From: Antedon mediterranea
Lineage: Eukaryota; Animalia; Echinodermata
Direction of reading: 5' to 3'
Length of the DNA: 64,000 bases
Assembly: GCF_964355755.1 (NCBI RefSeq)
Contig: NC_092672.1
Span: 16,939,237 to 17,003,236, forward strand
Part shown: positions 13,426 to 36,803 of the stretch, one piece after another
Layout of the letters: every line of letters begins with the position of its first letter
Position numbering within the stretch: position 1 is the first letter of the stretch
The notes under the pieces: model-generated
The model's input: only the letters and a program-made list of their open reading frames with translations
The model's database searches: none
Told to the model about the DNA's origin: nothing
Made by a program: the position numbers and the translations under genes

Positions 13426-14793
13426 ATCTCTCTCTCGCTGATCTATCTCTCTCTCGCTGATCTATCTCTTTCTCGCTGATCTATCTCTCTCTCGCTGATC
13501 TATCTCTCTCTCGCTGATCTATCTCTCTTTCGCTGATCTATCTCTCTCTCTCGTTGATCTATCTCTCTCTCGCTGATCTATCTCTCTCTCTCGCTGATCT
13601 ATCTCTCTCTCGCTGATCTATCTATCTCTCTCTCTCGCTGGTCTATCTTTCTCTCGCTGATCTATCTATCTCTCTCGCTGATCTATCTCTCTATCGCTTA
13701 TCTATCTATCTCTCTCGCTGATCTATCTATCTCTCTCTCGCTGATCTATCTATCTCTCTCTCGCTGATCTATCTCTCTCTCGATGTTCTACCTATCTCTC
13801 TCTCGCTGATCTATCTCTCTCGCTGATCTATCTATCTCTCTCTGTCGCTGATCTATATGTCTCTCGCTGATCTATCTCTCTGTCGCTGTTCTATCTCTCT
13901 ATCGCTGATCTCTCTCTCTCTCGCTGATCTATCTCTCTCTCGCTGATCTATCTCTCTCTCGCTGATCTATCTCTCTCTCGCTGATCTATCTCTCTCTCGC
14001 ATATCTATCTCTCTCTCGTTGATCTATCTCTCTCGCTGATCTATCTCTCTCTCTCTCTCGCTGATCTATCTATCTCTCGCTGATCTATCTATCTCTCTCT
14101 CGCTGATCTATCTTTCTCTCGCTGATCTATCTCTCTCTCGCTGATCTATCTCTCTCTCGCTGATCTATCTCTCTCTCGCTGATCTATCTCTCTCTCGCTG
14201 ATCTATCTCTCTCTCGCTGATCTATCTCTCTCGCTGATCTATGTATCTCTCTGTCGCTGATCTATCTATCTCTCTCTCGCTGATCTATCTCTCTCTCGCT
14301 GATCTATCTGTCTCTCGCTGATCTATCTCTCTCTCGCTGATCTATCTATCTCTCTCTCGCTGATCTATCTTTCTCTCGCTGATCTATCTATCTCTCTCGC
14401 TGATCTATCTCTCTCTCGCTGATCTATCTATCTCTCTCGCTGATCTATCTATCTCTCTCTCGCTGATCTATCTATCTCTCTCTCGCTGATCTATCTCTCT
14501 CTCGATGTTCTATATATCTCTCTCTCGCTGATCTATCTCTCTCGCTGATCTATCTATCTCTCTCTCGCTGATCTATATCTCTCTCGCTGATCTATCTCTC
14601 TCGCTGATCTATTTCTCTGTCGCTGATCTCTCTATCTGTCGCTGATCTATCTCTCTCTCGCTGATCTATCTCTCTCTCGCTGATCTATCTCTCTCTCGCT
14701 GATCTATCTCTCTCGCTGATCTATCTCACTCTAGCTGATCTATCTCTTTCTCGCTGATCTATCTCTTTCTCGCTGATTTATCTCTCTCTCGCT

Positions 14794-14851
<58 letters not shown>

Positions 14852-16113
14852 GCTGATCTATCTCTCTCTCGCTGATCTATCTCTTTCTCGCTGATCTATC
14901 TCTCTCTCGCTGATCTATCTCTCTCTCGCTGATCTATCTCTCTCTCGCTGATCTATCTATCTCTCTCGTTGATCTATCTCTCTCTCACTGATCTATCTCT
15001 CTCTCTCTCTGATCTATCTCTCTCTCGCTGATCTATCTATCTCTCTCTCGCTGGTCTATCTTTCTCTCGCTGATCTATCTATCTCTCTCGCTGATCTATC
15101 TCTCTATCGCTTATCTATCTATCTCTCTCGCTGATCTATCTATCTCTCTCTCGCTGATCTATCTATCTCTCTCTCGCTGATCTATCTCTCTCTCGATGTT
15201 CTACCTATCTCTCTCTCGCTGATCTATCTCTCTCGCTGATCTATCTATCTCTCTCTGTCGCTGATCTATATCTCTCTCGCTGATCTATCTCTCTGTCGCT
15301 GTTCTATCTCTCTATCGCTGATTTCTCTCTCTCTCGCTGATCTATCTCTCTCTCGCTGATCTATCTCTCTCTCTCTCTCGCTGATCTATCTATCTCTCGC
15401 TGATCTATCTATCTCTCTCTCGCTGATCTATCTTTCTCTCGCTGATCTATCTCTCTCTCGCTGATCTATCTCTCTCTCGCTGATCTATCTCTCTCTCGCT
15501 GATCTATCTCTCTCTCGCTGATCTATCTCTCTCTCGCTGATCTATCTCTCTCGCTGATCTATGTATCTCTCTGTCGCTGATCTATCTATCTCTCTCTCGC
15601 TGATCTATCTCTCTCTCGCTGATCTATCTGTCTCTCGCTGATCTATCTCTCTCTCGCTGATCTATCTATCTCTCTCTCGCTGATCTATCTTTCTCTCGCT
15701 GATCTATCTATCTCTCTCGCTGATCTATCTCTCTCTCGCTGATCTATCTATCTCTCTCGCTGATCTATCTATCTCTCTCTCGCTGATCTATCTATCTCTC
15801 TCTCGCTGATCTATCTCTCTCTCGATGTTCTATATATCTCTCTCTCGCTGATCTATCTCTCTCGCTGATCTATCTATCTCTCTCTCGCTGATCTATATCT
15901 CTCTCGCTGATCTATCTCTCTCGCTGATCTATTTCTCTGTCGCTGATCTCTCTATCTGTCGCTGATCTATCTCTCTCTCGCTGATCTATCTCTCTCTCGC
16001 TGATCTATCTCTCTCTCGCTGATCTATCTCTCTCGCTGATCTATCTCACTCTAGCTGATCTATCTCTTTCTCGCTGATCTATCTCTTTCTCGCTGATTTA
16101 TCTCTCTCTCGCT

Positions 16114-16167
<54 letters not shown>

Positions 16168-17863
16168 GCTGATCTATCTCTCTCTCGCTGATCTATCTCT
16201 TTCTCGCTGATCTATCTCTCTCTCGCTGATCTATCTCTCTCTCGCTGATCTATCTCTCTCTCGCTGATCTATCTATCTCTCTCGTTGATCTATCTCTCTC
16301 TCACTGATCTATCTCTCTCTCTCTCTGATCTATCTCTCTCTCGCTGATCTATCTATCTCTCTCTCGCTGGTCTATCTTTCTCTCGCTGATCTATCTATCT
16401 CTCTCGCTGATCTATCTCTCTATCGCTTATCTATCTATCTCTCTCGCTGATCTATCTATCTCTCTCTCGCTGATCTATCTATCTCTCTCTCGCTGATCTA
16501 TCTCTCTCTCGATGTTCTACCTATCTCTCTCTCGCTGATCTATCTCTCTCGCTGATCTATCTATCTCTCTCTGTCGCTGATCTATATCTCTCTCGCTGAT
16601 CTATCTCTCTGTCGCTGTTCTATCTCTCTATCGCTGATTTCTCTCTCTCTCGCTGATCTATCTCTCTCTCGCTGATCTATCTCTCTCTCGCTGATCTATC
16701 TCTCTCTCGCTGATCTATCTCTCTCTCTCTCTCTCTCGCTGATCTATCTCTCTCTCGCTGATCTATCTATCTCTCTCTCGCTGATCTATCTTTCTCTCGC
16801 TGATCTATCTTTCTCTCGGTGATCTATCTATCTCTCTCGCTGATCTATCTCTCTATCGCTGATCTATCTATCTCTCCCGCTGATCTATCTATCTCTCTCT
16901 CGCTGATCTATCTCTCTCTCGATGTTCTACCTAACTCTCTCTCGCTGATCTATCTCTCTCGCTGATCTATCTATCTCTCTCTGTCGCTGATCTATATCTC
17001 TCTCGCTGATCTATCTCTCTCGCTGATCTATCTCTCTGTCGCTGTTCTATCTCTCTGTCGCTGATCTCTCTCTCTCTCTCTCGCTGATCTACCTCTCTCT
17101 CGCTGATCTATCTCTCTCTCGCTGATCTATCTCTCTCGCTGATCTATCTCTCTCGCTGATCAATTTCTCTCTTGCTGATCTATCTCACTCTCGCTGATCT
17201 ATCTCTCTCTCGCTGATCTATCTCTCTCTCGCTGATCTATCTCTCTCTCGCGGATCTATCTCTCTCTCGTTGATCTATCTCTCTCGCTGATCTATCTATC
17301 TCTCTCTCGCTGATCTATCTCTCTCTCGCTGATCTATCTGCCTCTCGCTGATCTATCTCTCTCTCGCTGATCTATCTATCTCTCTCTCGCTGATCTATCT
17401 TTCTCTCGCTGATCTATCTATCTCTCTCGCTGATCTATCTCTCTCTCGCTGATCTATCTATCTCTCTCGCTGATCTATCTATCTCTCTCTCGCTGATCTA
17501 TCTATCTCTCTCTCGCTGATCTATCTCTCTCTCGATGTTCTATATATCTCTCTCTCGCTGATCTATCTATCTCTCTCTCGCTGATCTATATCTCTCTCGC
17601 TGATCTATCTCTCTCGCTGATCTATTTCTCTGTCGCTGATCTCTCTATCTGTCGCTGATCTATCTCTCTCTCTCGCTGATCTATCTCTCTCGCTGATCTA
17701 TCTCTCTCTCGTTGATCTATCTCTCTCTCGCTGATCTATCTCTCTCGCTGATCTATCTCTCTCTCGCTGATCTATCTCACTCTAGCTGATCTATCTCTTT
17801 CTCGCTGATCTATCTCTCTCTCGCTGATCTATCTCTTTCTCGCTGATTTATCTCTCTCTCGCT

Positions 17864-17941
<78 letters not shown>

Positions 17942-18229
17942 GCTGATCTATCTCTCTCTCGCTGATCTATCTCTTTCTCGCTGATCTATCTCTCTCTCGC
18001 TGATCTATCTCTCTCTCGCTGATCTATCTCTCTCTCGCTGATCTATCTCTCTCTCTCGTTGATCTATCTCTCTCTCGCTGATCTATCTCTCTCTCTCGCT
18101 GATCTATCTTTCTTTCGCTGATCTATCTATCTCTCTCTCTCGCTGGTCTATCTTTCTCTCGCTGATCTATCTATCTCTCTCGCTGATCTATCTCTCTATC
18201 GCTTATTTATCTATCTCTCTCGCTGATCT
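11835..18229. repeat. Minisatellite B array, unit ~17-23 bp CGCTGAT(CTAT)1-2(CT)n, with pure (CT)n tracts
   Basis: Directly visible tandem repeat; lines 14041-14760 recur at 15361-16080 (1320-bp higher-order period). Confidence 0.97.
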
Positions 18230-18266
18230 CACGGCAGTTTCAAACGCGATATCCGAGACACAAAGT
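18230..18266 (+). other. Left end: RSS-like signal, heptamer CACGGCA + 21-bp spacer + nonamer-like ACACAAAGT
   Basis: Heptamer 18230-18236, spacer 18237-18257, nonamer 18258-18266. The block CGAGACACAAAGTG matches the right-end block CGAGACAAAAAGTG but lies 9 bp further from the terminus. Confidence 0.75.
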
Positions 18267-18890
18267 GTTTACAACGCGCTTTTGATTGATACGCCTGGCG
18301 CGAGCCTTGAGCAGCTATTTATAGCCCACCAACATCGAGCGAAATGTTTACATTAGCTAGCTATAAACAGAGAGTGTATCATACGAAGTAAATACAGTCT
18401 TACAATGACAAATTAATAAAGTTTTCCTCGAATCTTACAGTGTTTGCTTTATTATTGTATTTTGTATTAGGGAAAATTGTCTAGGATTAAAAAATATTAT
18501 TAAAAAAGCGAAATTTTAACGATGTTTGCGATAGTTTCAAAAGCTGAAAATATACATAAATAGCGCCCTCACGGCGAAAGTTTATCGTCGCGGTAAGTTC
18601 AAGCTTTTGATCGTCTGATAGCAAATCTCTGCAATTTTTTCGAGCAACACCGTTAATTCCAAGAGAAAGCGGAGACTTTATTCTTTATTTAGCTCAAAAT
18701 TCAGGCTGACGTCTACTTTCAAATTGATTTGAGCTAAATTTGAAATTGACTTATTTCTGTTCAAAATTCCAGTGATTTTATAGGTAAAAATAGGCCTAGG
18801 GCAAAGTTAATTATATATTTTTTAAAGAATTGTGTATTGGTTTTGCATTGACTGTATGTGGTATGTTACTGTTATTTATTGTCTTGTGAA

Positions 18891-21800
18891 ATGGAGTACC
18901 ATACATATGCATTGAGTAATTTATGTCGTGTATGTGGTGTCAAGTTAACACGAAATCAGCGAAAATTTGACCTAACTAAAGTAAAAGATAGCGTCCTGAC
19001 ATTTTTAAATATCGATTTAACCCATGAAAACAAAGATGTACATCCACCATTCATTTGCAAGAACTGTCAATTTTCAAGCTATAACAAGGTTAGCACAACT
19101 CAAAGGTACATCTGGAGACAACACACACAACAATCATGTTTCACATGTTATTTATTATCAGAACAGTCAAAACCAGGTAAGAGACTAAAACAAGTAAAAC
19201 TCAACACATTATTTTCTGAAACAGAATGTGACGTTATTCCATCAAAATTTACAGTCAATGACAAAATCAATTCTGAACCTTTCATTTGCCAAATATGCAA
19301 CTCGATTTTGTCTTTCAACAGTCTTGAGTCAAACTGTTCACATCACTATTGTTCTAGTTGTATGTATAATTTGTTTAGTACCCTCCATGTTAACGTATGT
19401 TCATGTCTTGTGTGCGCAAAGCCAATGCACATGCTGGAATTTAAACCCGCCTCCCAAATTGTAATAGAGTCTCTAAAATCACTAGAATTACAATGCTCGT
19501 GCAATAAGTTCATAAAATACTCTCAACATCAGAGACATATTTGTGAACACCAGACAACTAAAGAAGTGGTTTATCATAATGTTTCAAAAGCTGTATCAGT
19601 GTTAGAGAAATCACTAGAAGATAGTCATGTCTCCCAAACAATACAAACGTTTGCAGAAAAAGTTGTTTACAATCAACTAAAGAAAAGTAAGGAAATGCTG
19701 ATTGCAACAAATGGTCGGGTGAGTGCTTTAAAACAAATTCTGTAATTATCATATTGCATGTTATAAAAAGTAGATTAATATTATTATAACAGAATTGTTA
19801 GCATAAAACATACAAATACAATTCTTATCTACAGCCAGCAAAGATTGCTATCATACCAAACACCAAAGTCTCAAGTGATAAGGCCAGTTCTCGAACTGTT
19901 TCAAGACGAGCAAATAGCATCAGCAGCATCATAAAATCAGTTGGCAATAGTGAGGCTGGTGATTTCCATCAAAAAGTGTACTCAGCCAAACATATGAGTC
20001 AAGCGGTCTTAAAAGCAGCCAACATAGCATCAACTTCGTCTATAGATACAGATAAGGCTCTGGCAATGGTGTCAGACTGCCATCTGGCATGGAACCAGCT
20101 ACGAAAGCTAAGAAGGTAAACAAACAATTATGTGATTAAATAAAACCATGCATGAATACAGGCATTTTAGACACAGTCAAGTATGTCTAGTAATAAAGCG
20201 AGACTACATTATTAATCCTTTTTATGTACTAGATATGTGGAGAAGGGGACAATACCATCAGAGAAAAGGATGCGGCAGCGGCAAAATGATCTCATTGGGG
20301 ATTATTTTGAATCCACAATGGAAATGCTATGTTTTAGGTCTGAGACGTCCCCAGACGGGATAGAATTAAGATCAACGCCTACTGTCAAACTGAAAAACAT
20401 TAAAAAAGTTGTATTTTCATATCTTGATGAACACTCAAGGTACGCTGAAGTTAAATTTTAATATGTGCTTACAAAGTGTAGAACTTACTTTTTAGGACTT
20501 TACTTTTGTTCCTATGGATTTGCTATGGAAATAAAAGTTAAAAGAAATTAATTAAAAACTGAATTAATATTTACTAAATTTTTTTACAGACTGAACAACC
20601 TATCTCCCAATAATAACGAGATTTGGATAAAGTTTGGCGGGGATAAGGGAGGTGGAAGTACCAAATTTGAGGTACAGATATGTAGCCTCGCCAAACCAAA
20701 TTCAATTAACAACATCATCGTCGTACTAATATTTGATGCCCCTGACATGATGTTTAATATTAACCGGACTCTTCCGGAAGTGGCCCACCAAGTTGTTGCT
20801 TTGAACGGGGAAAAATGGCGGTAAGAATACAACTAGTATATCAACTTAATTATGTGGATGCGTATACAAGTAATAAAATAAAAATATATGTATAATTTCT
20901 TTCAGCAATTACACACTGAGAGTTTTCTGTTTTGGGGACTATGAGTATCTAACAAAACTCTATGGATTAAATGGACCAAATGGTAAACTATTAAATTATT
21001 TTATCATCATTTAATTTATACAAAATCTTTCTAAGCCAATTTTATTTATACTGTATTACTGCATATTTTAGCATTTTTAAACATTGTGAAAAAATTGGAA
21101 TACTTTTAGCTCGATACTGCTGTCTCTTTTGTGAAAAACCAAAAGCAGAAATGCAATTAAAGGCACCACCCGCCAAACAGCGATCATTGGCTTCAATCAG
21201 AGCCAACTATAGAATGTTTATGGAAGATGGCGGAATTGAAAGCCGATCTAAGGATGTTTCCATGAGCGTTGTTAATAATCCCTTAGTATCAATTGAGGTA
21301 GATCATGTAAGTACATCAGTTTTGTTTTTAATTATCTTTATATTAGAGAAACAAATGTACTTACTTCATTATATGGCACTGTTGGTATTAAAATTTATAT
21401 CTTTTAGGTGTCTGTTCCTAGCCTGCACTTGTCATTGGGCATATTCAAGAAGCTCTTTGATATGCTTGAGACGGAGGCGCACAGCATAGATTGCCTCATA
21501 TATTCCCTAAGGAAAAATGGAGAACTTGATGACACTTCTGAATCAAAGTTTGATAAAATAATTCAACATCAGATCCAAACACAAATTGATATCAAAGAAA
21601 AGATTGAAGAAAAGAAATTAAAGTTGACTGAGATGGAGGATGCAATGCCATTAATCTATCTTAAAGGAAGTGTTGATGGTAGCATCATTACCAATGTGGG
21701 AAAGATAGTCAGATTGAGAGAAGAGATTGAGTCACTGGTAAGTTACTCAAACAATAAATGACATAGATGCGTCTTGCCAGACACATACTCTAAAGACAAA

Positions 21801-22771
21801 ACTTGTATTATATTTTATTTTACAGACAAAATGCATGGAAAATGGGCTTCCATTTGGAACGGGTCCAATTGTCACATCACTGGAGCGTGTGCTACAAAAA
21901 AATCGCATCCAACGGCAAGCCTATCATGGTAAATCATTTATTGGTAACCATGTTCATAAATGTTGTCAGGTAAATTAACTATTCTTTTAATTGATATTGT
22001 TTCAACTGTTAATTATTAAAATTGTAGTTTTTAAAATGTATATTTGTTTTTAATAGGACCATGTTAGGAATGAACTAGTGAATGCTCCACTACATGAAAT
22101 GAAAATTCAAGAAGCTGAGATTCCTATCGGAAAAATTCAGCTAATTGACAAAAGAGTAAAAGAATTGGTCACCAAGTACGATGCACTCCTTTCAAAATTT
22201 TCTAGGGTTCACAATAACTTGAATCATTCAAAACCTGTCACAGATGTTGATATTCAAGGAAATGGTAATGTAATTATGCTTACCTTTCAAGGTATTCCTT
22301 AGACATGCCATTGTTTCTTTTCCTACAACACACTGCAACTGTTTCTTTTCTCTTCTACAAAAAAAATTCAGATAAAGCCATAAAAGACTTTATGGAGGAA
22401 TATCGAAAAACCAACAAAAGTATATCTCCAAAATTACATATGCTCGAGGAACATGTCATTCCCCAATTAAAGGCTTGGAGATTTGGTCTGGGACTGGTTA
22501 GCGAGCAAGGTGGGGAGTCTATTCACGCCGCGCTTAATAAAAGGAAAAGAACAGTTGCTGGGATGCATGACAGACTTGGACAGTTAACATCCATGATGCG
22601 GTCACATGCAATTACCACTCAGCCATGCATAATAGAAGAAATAGTTGAACCCAAAAGAAGAAAAATTGGTAACAATTTACACTTTATTGATTACACTATT
22701 TGTGCTTTTTAGCTCCCTGCTCACCAAAAATTAAATAAACCTGTTTATATTTTTCAGAAAAAGAAGAATAA
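18891..22771 (+). CDS. RAG1-like DDE transposase (Chapaev-type), 11 exons, ~937 aa, no frameshift or premature stop in the manual splice model
   Basis: Exons, all with GT-AG introns and consistent phases: 18891-19718, 19835-20115, 20233-20439, 20590-20820, 20906-20982, 21110-21306, 21408-21737, 21826-21969, 22057-22264, 22372-22668, 22758-22771 (2814 nt including TAA; the last micro-exon is least certain, alternative stop at 22712). Motifs: H-x7-CRVCG...HPPFICKNC...W..H....CFTC (Chapa finger), RING CQIC..CSHHYCSSC..CLVC, ZFA-like CSC..HQRH, NGRP, ALAMVSDCHLAWNQLRKLRR, WIKFGGDKGGG (first D), FGDYEYLTKLYGL (second D), YCCLFC, PSLHLSLG, FIGNH, KLHMLEEH, GLVSEQGGESIH (E), basic tail PKRRK. Confidence 0.88.
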
Positions 22772-23917
22772 AGTACACGACAATGAATACGAAATAAAAG
22801 AAAATATAGGCTTACTGATAAATCTGACGGAGTGCCATCTTCTTCTTTATTATGGATTCTCTTATGAACCACACTTGCATCAATAAAGTAGTCGTACTTG
22901 TTTGTGTTGGTGGTATTTTTGGAACCTGTAGTACAATTTTTGAATTATAAATATTTATCATCATTATTTAAAAAAATGGTGGACTAGCGATTGAAATACA
23001 TGATGAAATATTATATTATAATTAGGACTATACTGTCAAAATTAAAATCAAAATTTTATTTTTTATTCTACAAATGCAATGCTGTTGCTGCCATAGTTTA
23101 GTAATATTCAAGCCATAGGAAGATAGACTATGATATTTTCACATTTTCTACTGTAGAATAAATTAGGCCCTCATGAAAGCTAGTTAGTAAGTATACCTAT
23201 CCTCCTAGGCCTACCTATGTCTTGATGGTACCATATTAAAAAATTAGGCCTAGCCTAGCTAGATAGAGCTGTTACTAAAGCCTGGCCCTGCTGATTTCCC
23301 CTCTTAACGACATATACTTGGGCTAGGCCTACTAAGAGTATATTATTCTAGGCCTAGGCCTATACAGTATTTATTTTTCGTGGCTTAAACCTAGTACTAG
23401 GTGACAAACCTTTGTTAGGCCTAGGCCTTTAGCAGCACACCCACGTGTGCAAAACAGGCAAATGGGCCCCGACTTTCTGTGTATATAATTATTAAACTGG
23501 ATTAGACGTCAGCGAGATTTTTTAAATATTGTTTATCAAGTTTTTGAATTTTCACATCGACTAGGCGCCGATGTTTATGTAAATTGCAAAAAAAATATAT
23601 AACCTCACCATTACCCTGTAATTAAACTGCTATTTTTTACTGTTTTTTGTCGCAAAATAGACGTAAGATTTCAATACTCATATCTCGTGAAGTCTTGAGA
23701 AACGGAGTGACCGCTGGCTTCGAATATCAATTACACGCCTTCTTCTTCGAATATAACATGAATATTCATTAAATTTTCAATTATAACACTGTCTATTGGT
23801 CAGTTTATTCCCTCTCTTTTACCAGGGTAGTAAAAATAGTCTTCCGGGTATTTAAACTAGCGCCCTCTATAACATAAAATAAGAAAAAGCGAGCATCGAA
23901 ACTATAGAGGGCTCACC

Positions 23918-23945
23918 ACTTTTTGTCTCGCTGGAAACTGCCGTG
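23918..23945 (-). other. Right end: RSS-like signal, heptamer CACGGCA + 12-bp spacer + nonamer-like ACAAAAAGT
   Basis: On the minus strand: CACGGCA (23945-23939), GTTTCCAGCGAG (12 bp, 23938-23927), ACAAAAAGT (23926-23918); 7/9 identical to the RSS nonamer ACAAAAACC. Confidence 0.8.
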
Positions 23946-35384
<11,439 letters not shown>

Positions 35385-35990
35385 TAACTAGTTATGTCAA
35401 AAATAAAAGGGTCGAAATTTGGCCATTTTCCGAAAATTTCCCTTCAGGGGACGACAGGAATTTTTTCGAAAAATAACCAAAATGTCTACCATTTAAAATT
35501 CAATAATTAGGCTATAATATATCCATTTATGCACATATATTTTGTTAACATCATCTTATAGAGCCATAGTAACTAGTTAGGTCAAAAAATAAAAGTGTCG
35601 AAATTTGGCCATTTTCCGACAATTTCCCTACGGGGGACCACAGGAATTTTTTCGAAAAATAACAAAAATTTCCACTTTTTAAAATTCGAAAATTATGCTA
35701 TAATATTGCCATTTATGCAAATATATTGTGCTAACATGATCTTATAGAGCCATAGTAACTAGTTATGTCAAAAAATAAATGGGTCGAAATTTGGCCATTT
35801 TTCGAAAAATTTTCCTGCGTGGGACCATAGTAATTTTTTTTCGAAAAATGACACAAATTTCCACCTTTCAAAATTCAATAATTAGACTATAATATTGCCA
35901 TTTATTGACATATGTTGTGTTAACATCATCTTATAGAGCCATAGTAACTAGTTATGTTAAAAATAAAAGGTTTGAAATTTTGCCGTTTTT

Positions 35991-36803
35991 GCACCCAAGC
36001 GTATAGCAACAAGAAGTGATTACACAACTGCGATACGATACTTTCTACAGTAGGCCTAGGAAAGTCAATTCACGTGATTGCCTTCGCGCACTCTTCTTCA
36101 CACAAAATGTGTCGAGTCGAGGCTAATCGACAGCTAGTAATTCATTGGACATAGCCCAAAGAAAGCTTAGACCCACAAGAATAAAGAATGTGTATAATTT
36201 GTGTACTGTATTTTTTTAATTCTGCTATTTTATTATCAAACAATAATGCATGTACTCAAAGGAACTTTAAAAATGCGCGTATATGAACACATGAGATGGG
36301 AAGATTTGACCCACGAGAATAAAAAATGTATTTTTGTGTAATGTTTATTGTTTAATTTTGCTGACTTATTACTCGGATTGTGTCATACTAAAGATAGTGT
36401 AACTATCTTTGGTCATACCTAACACACACGTCACACACACCCACACAGCTACTACTAGAATAGACATGGGTTTAGAGACTAATAATTAAGCCTAATAGTA
36501 TTAATAGAAACTATAATTTTAACACGTAATTCTATAGTAATAAATTATATTAAAAACACCATAAACTAAAGGCTGATTATTTCGACAATCCACACAAAAC
36601 GCCGCTATTCTTCTATGAAATCGCACGCCGCAACAACAGCGGAGATAGGCCTAGAATCGTACCGCACTTGTGTAATCACTTCTTGTTGCTATACGCCTGG
36701 GTGCACACGGCGGAACAAGAAAATTTAACTGATAAATTATTCATGTTTATTTTGTGACGTTTCATGAGGGGGTCCCCAACTTATGTACGAAAAAAAAATC
36801 GCC
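35991..36803. mobile_element. Second copy of the 7950-8887 MITE, left end deleted
   Basis: Starts at GCACCCAAGCGTATAGCAAC, colinear with ~8045-8887, ends AAAATCGCC followed by satellite TCCGGGGGACC. Confidence 0.85.

Larger units (their letters stand above)
18230..23945 (+). mobile_element. Autonomous-looking Chapaev-type DNA transposon encoding a RAG1-like transposase, with RSS-like asymmetric ends
   Basis: Termini CACGGCAGTTTC (18230) and GAAACTGCCGTG (ends 23945), a perfect 12-bp inverted repeat; 4-bp TSD ATCT (18226-18229 / 23946-23949) in minisatellite B; single multi-exon transposase gene inside. CAC..GTG ends, a 4-bp TSD and a Chapa finger are the described hallmarks of Chapaev. Confidence 0.92.

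Noticed and set aside
18225-18229. 5-bp TSD GATCT
   Set aside because: It would need the G at 23945, which belongs to the terminal GTG; the second element independently shows a 4-bp TSD.
18891-22771. Host RAG1 gene
   Set aside because: It lies between TIRs and a TSD inside satellite DNA, and its catalytic motifs (GGDKGGG, GDYE, SEQGGES) differ from vertebrate RAG1; no gene symbol assigned.
22772-23945. RAG2-like gene convergent with the transposase (ProtoRAG/RAGL organisation)
   Set aside because: Only ~1.17 kb of AT-rich DNA is available, with no long ORF and no kelch or PHD motifs; the TSD is 4 bp, not the 5 bp of RAGL/Transib.
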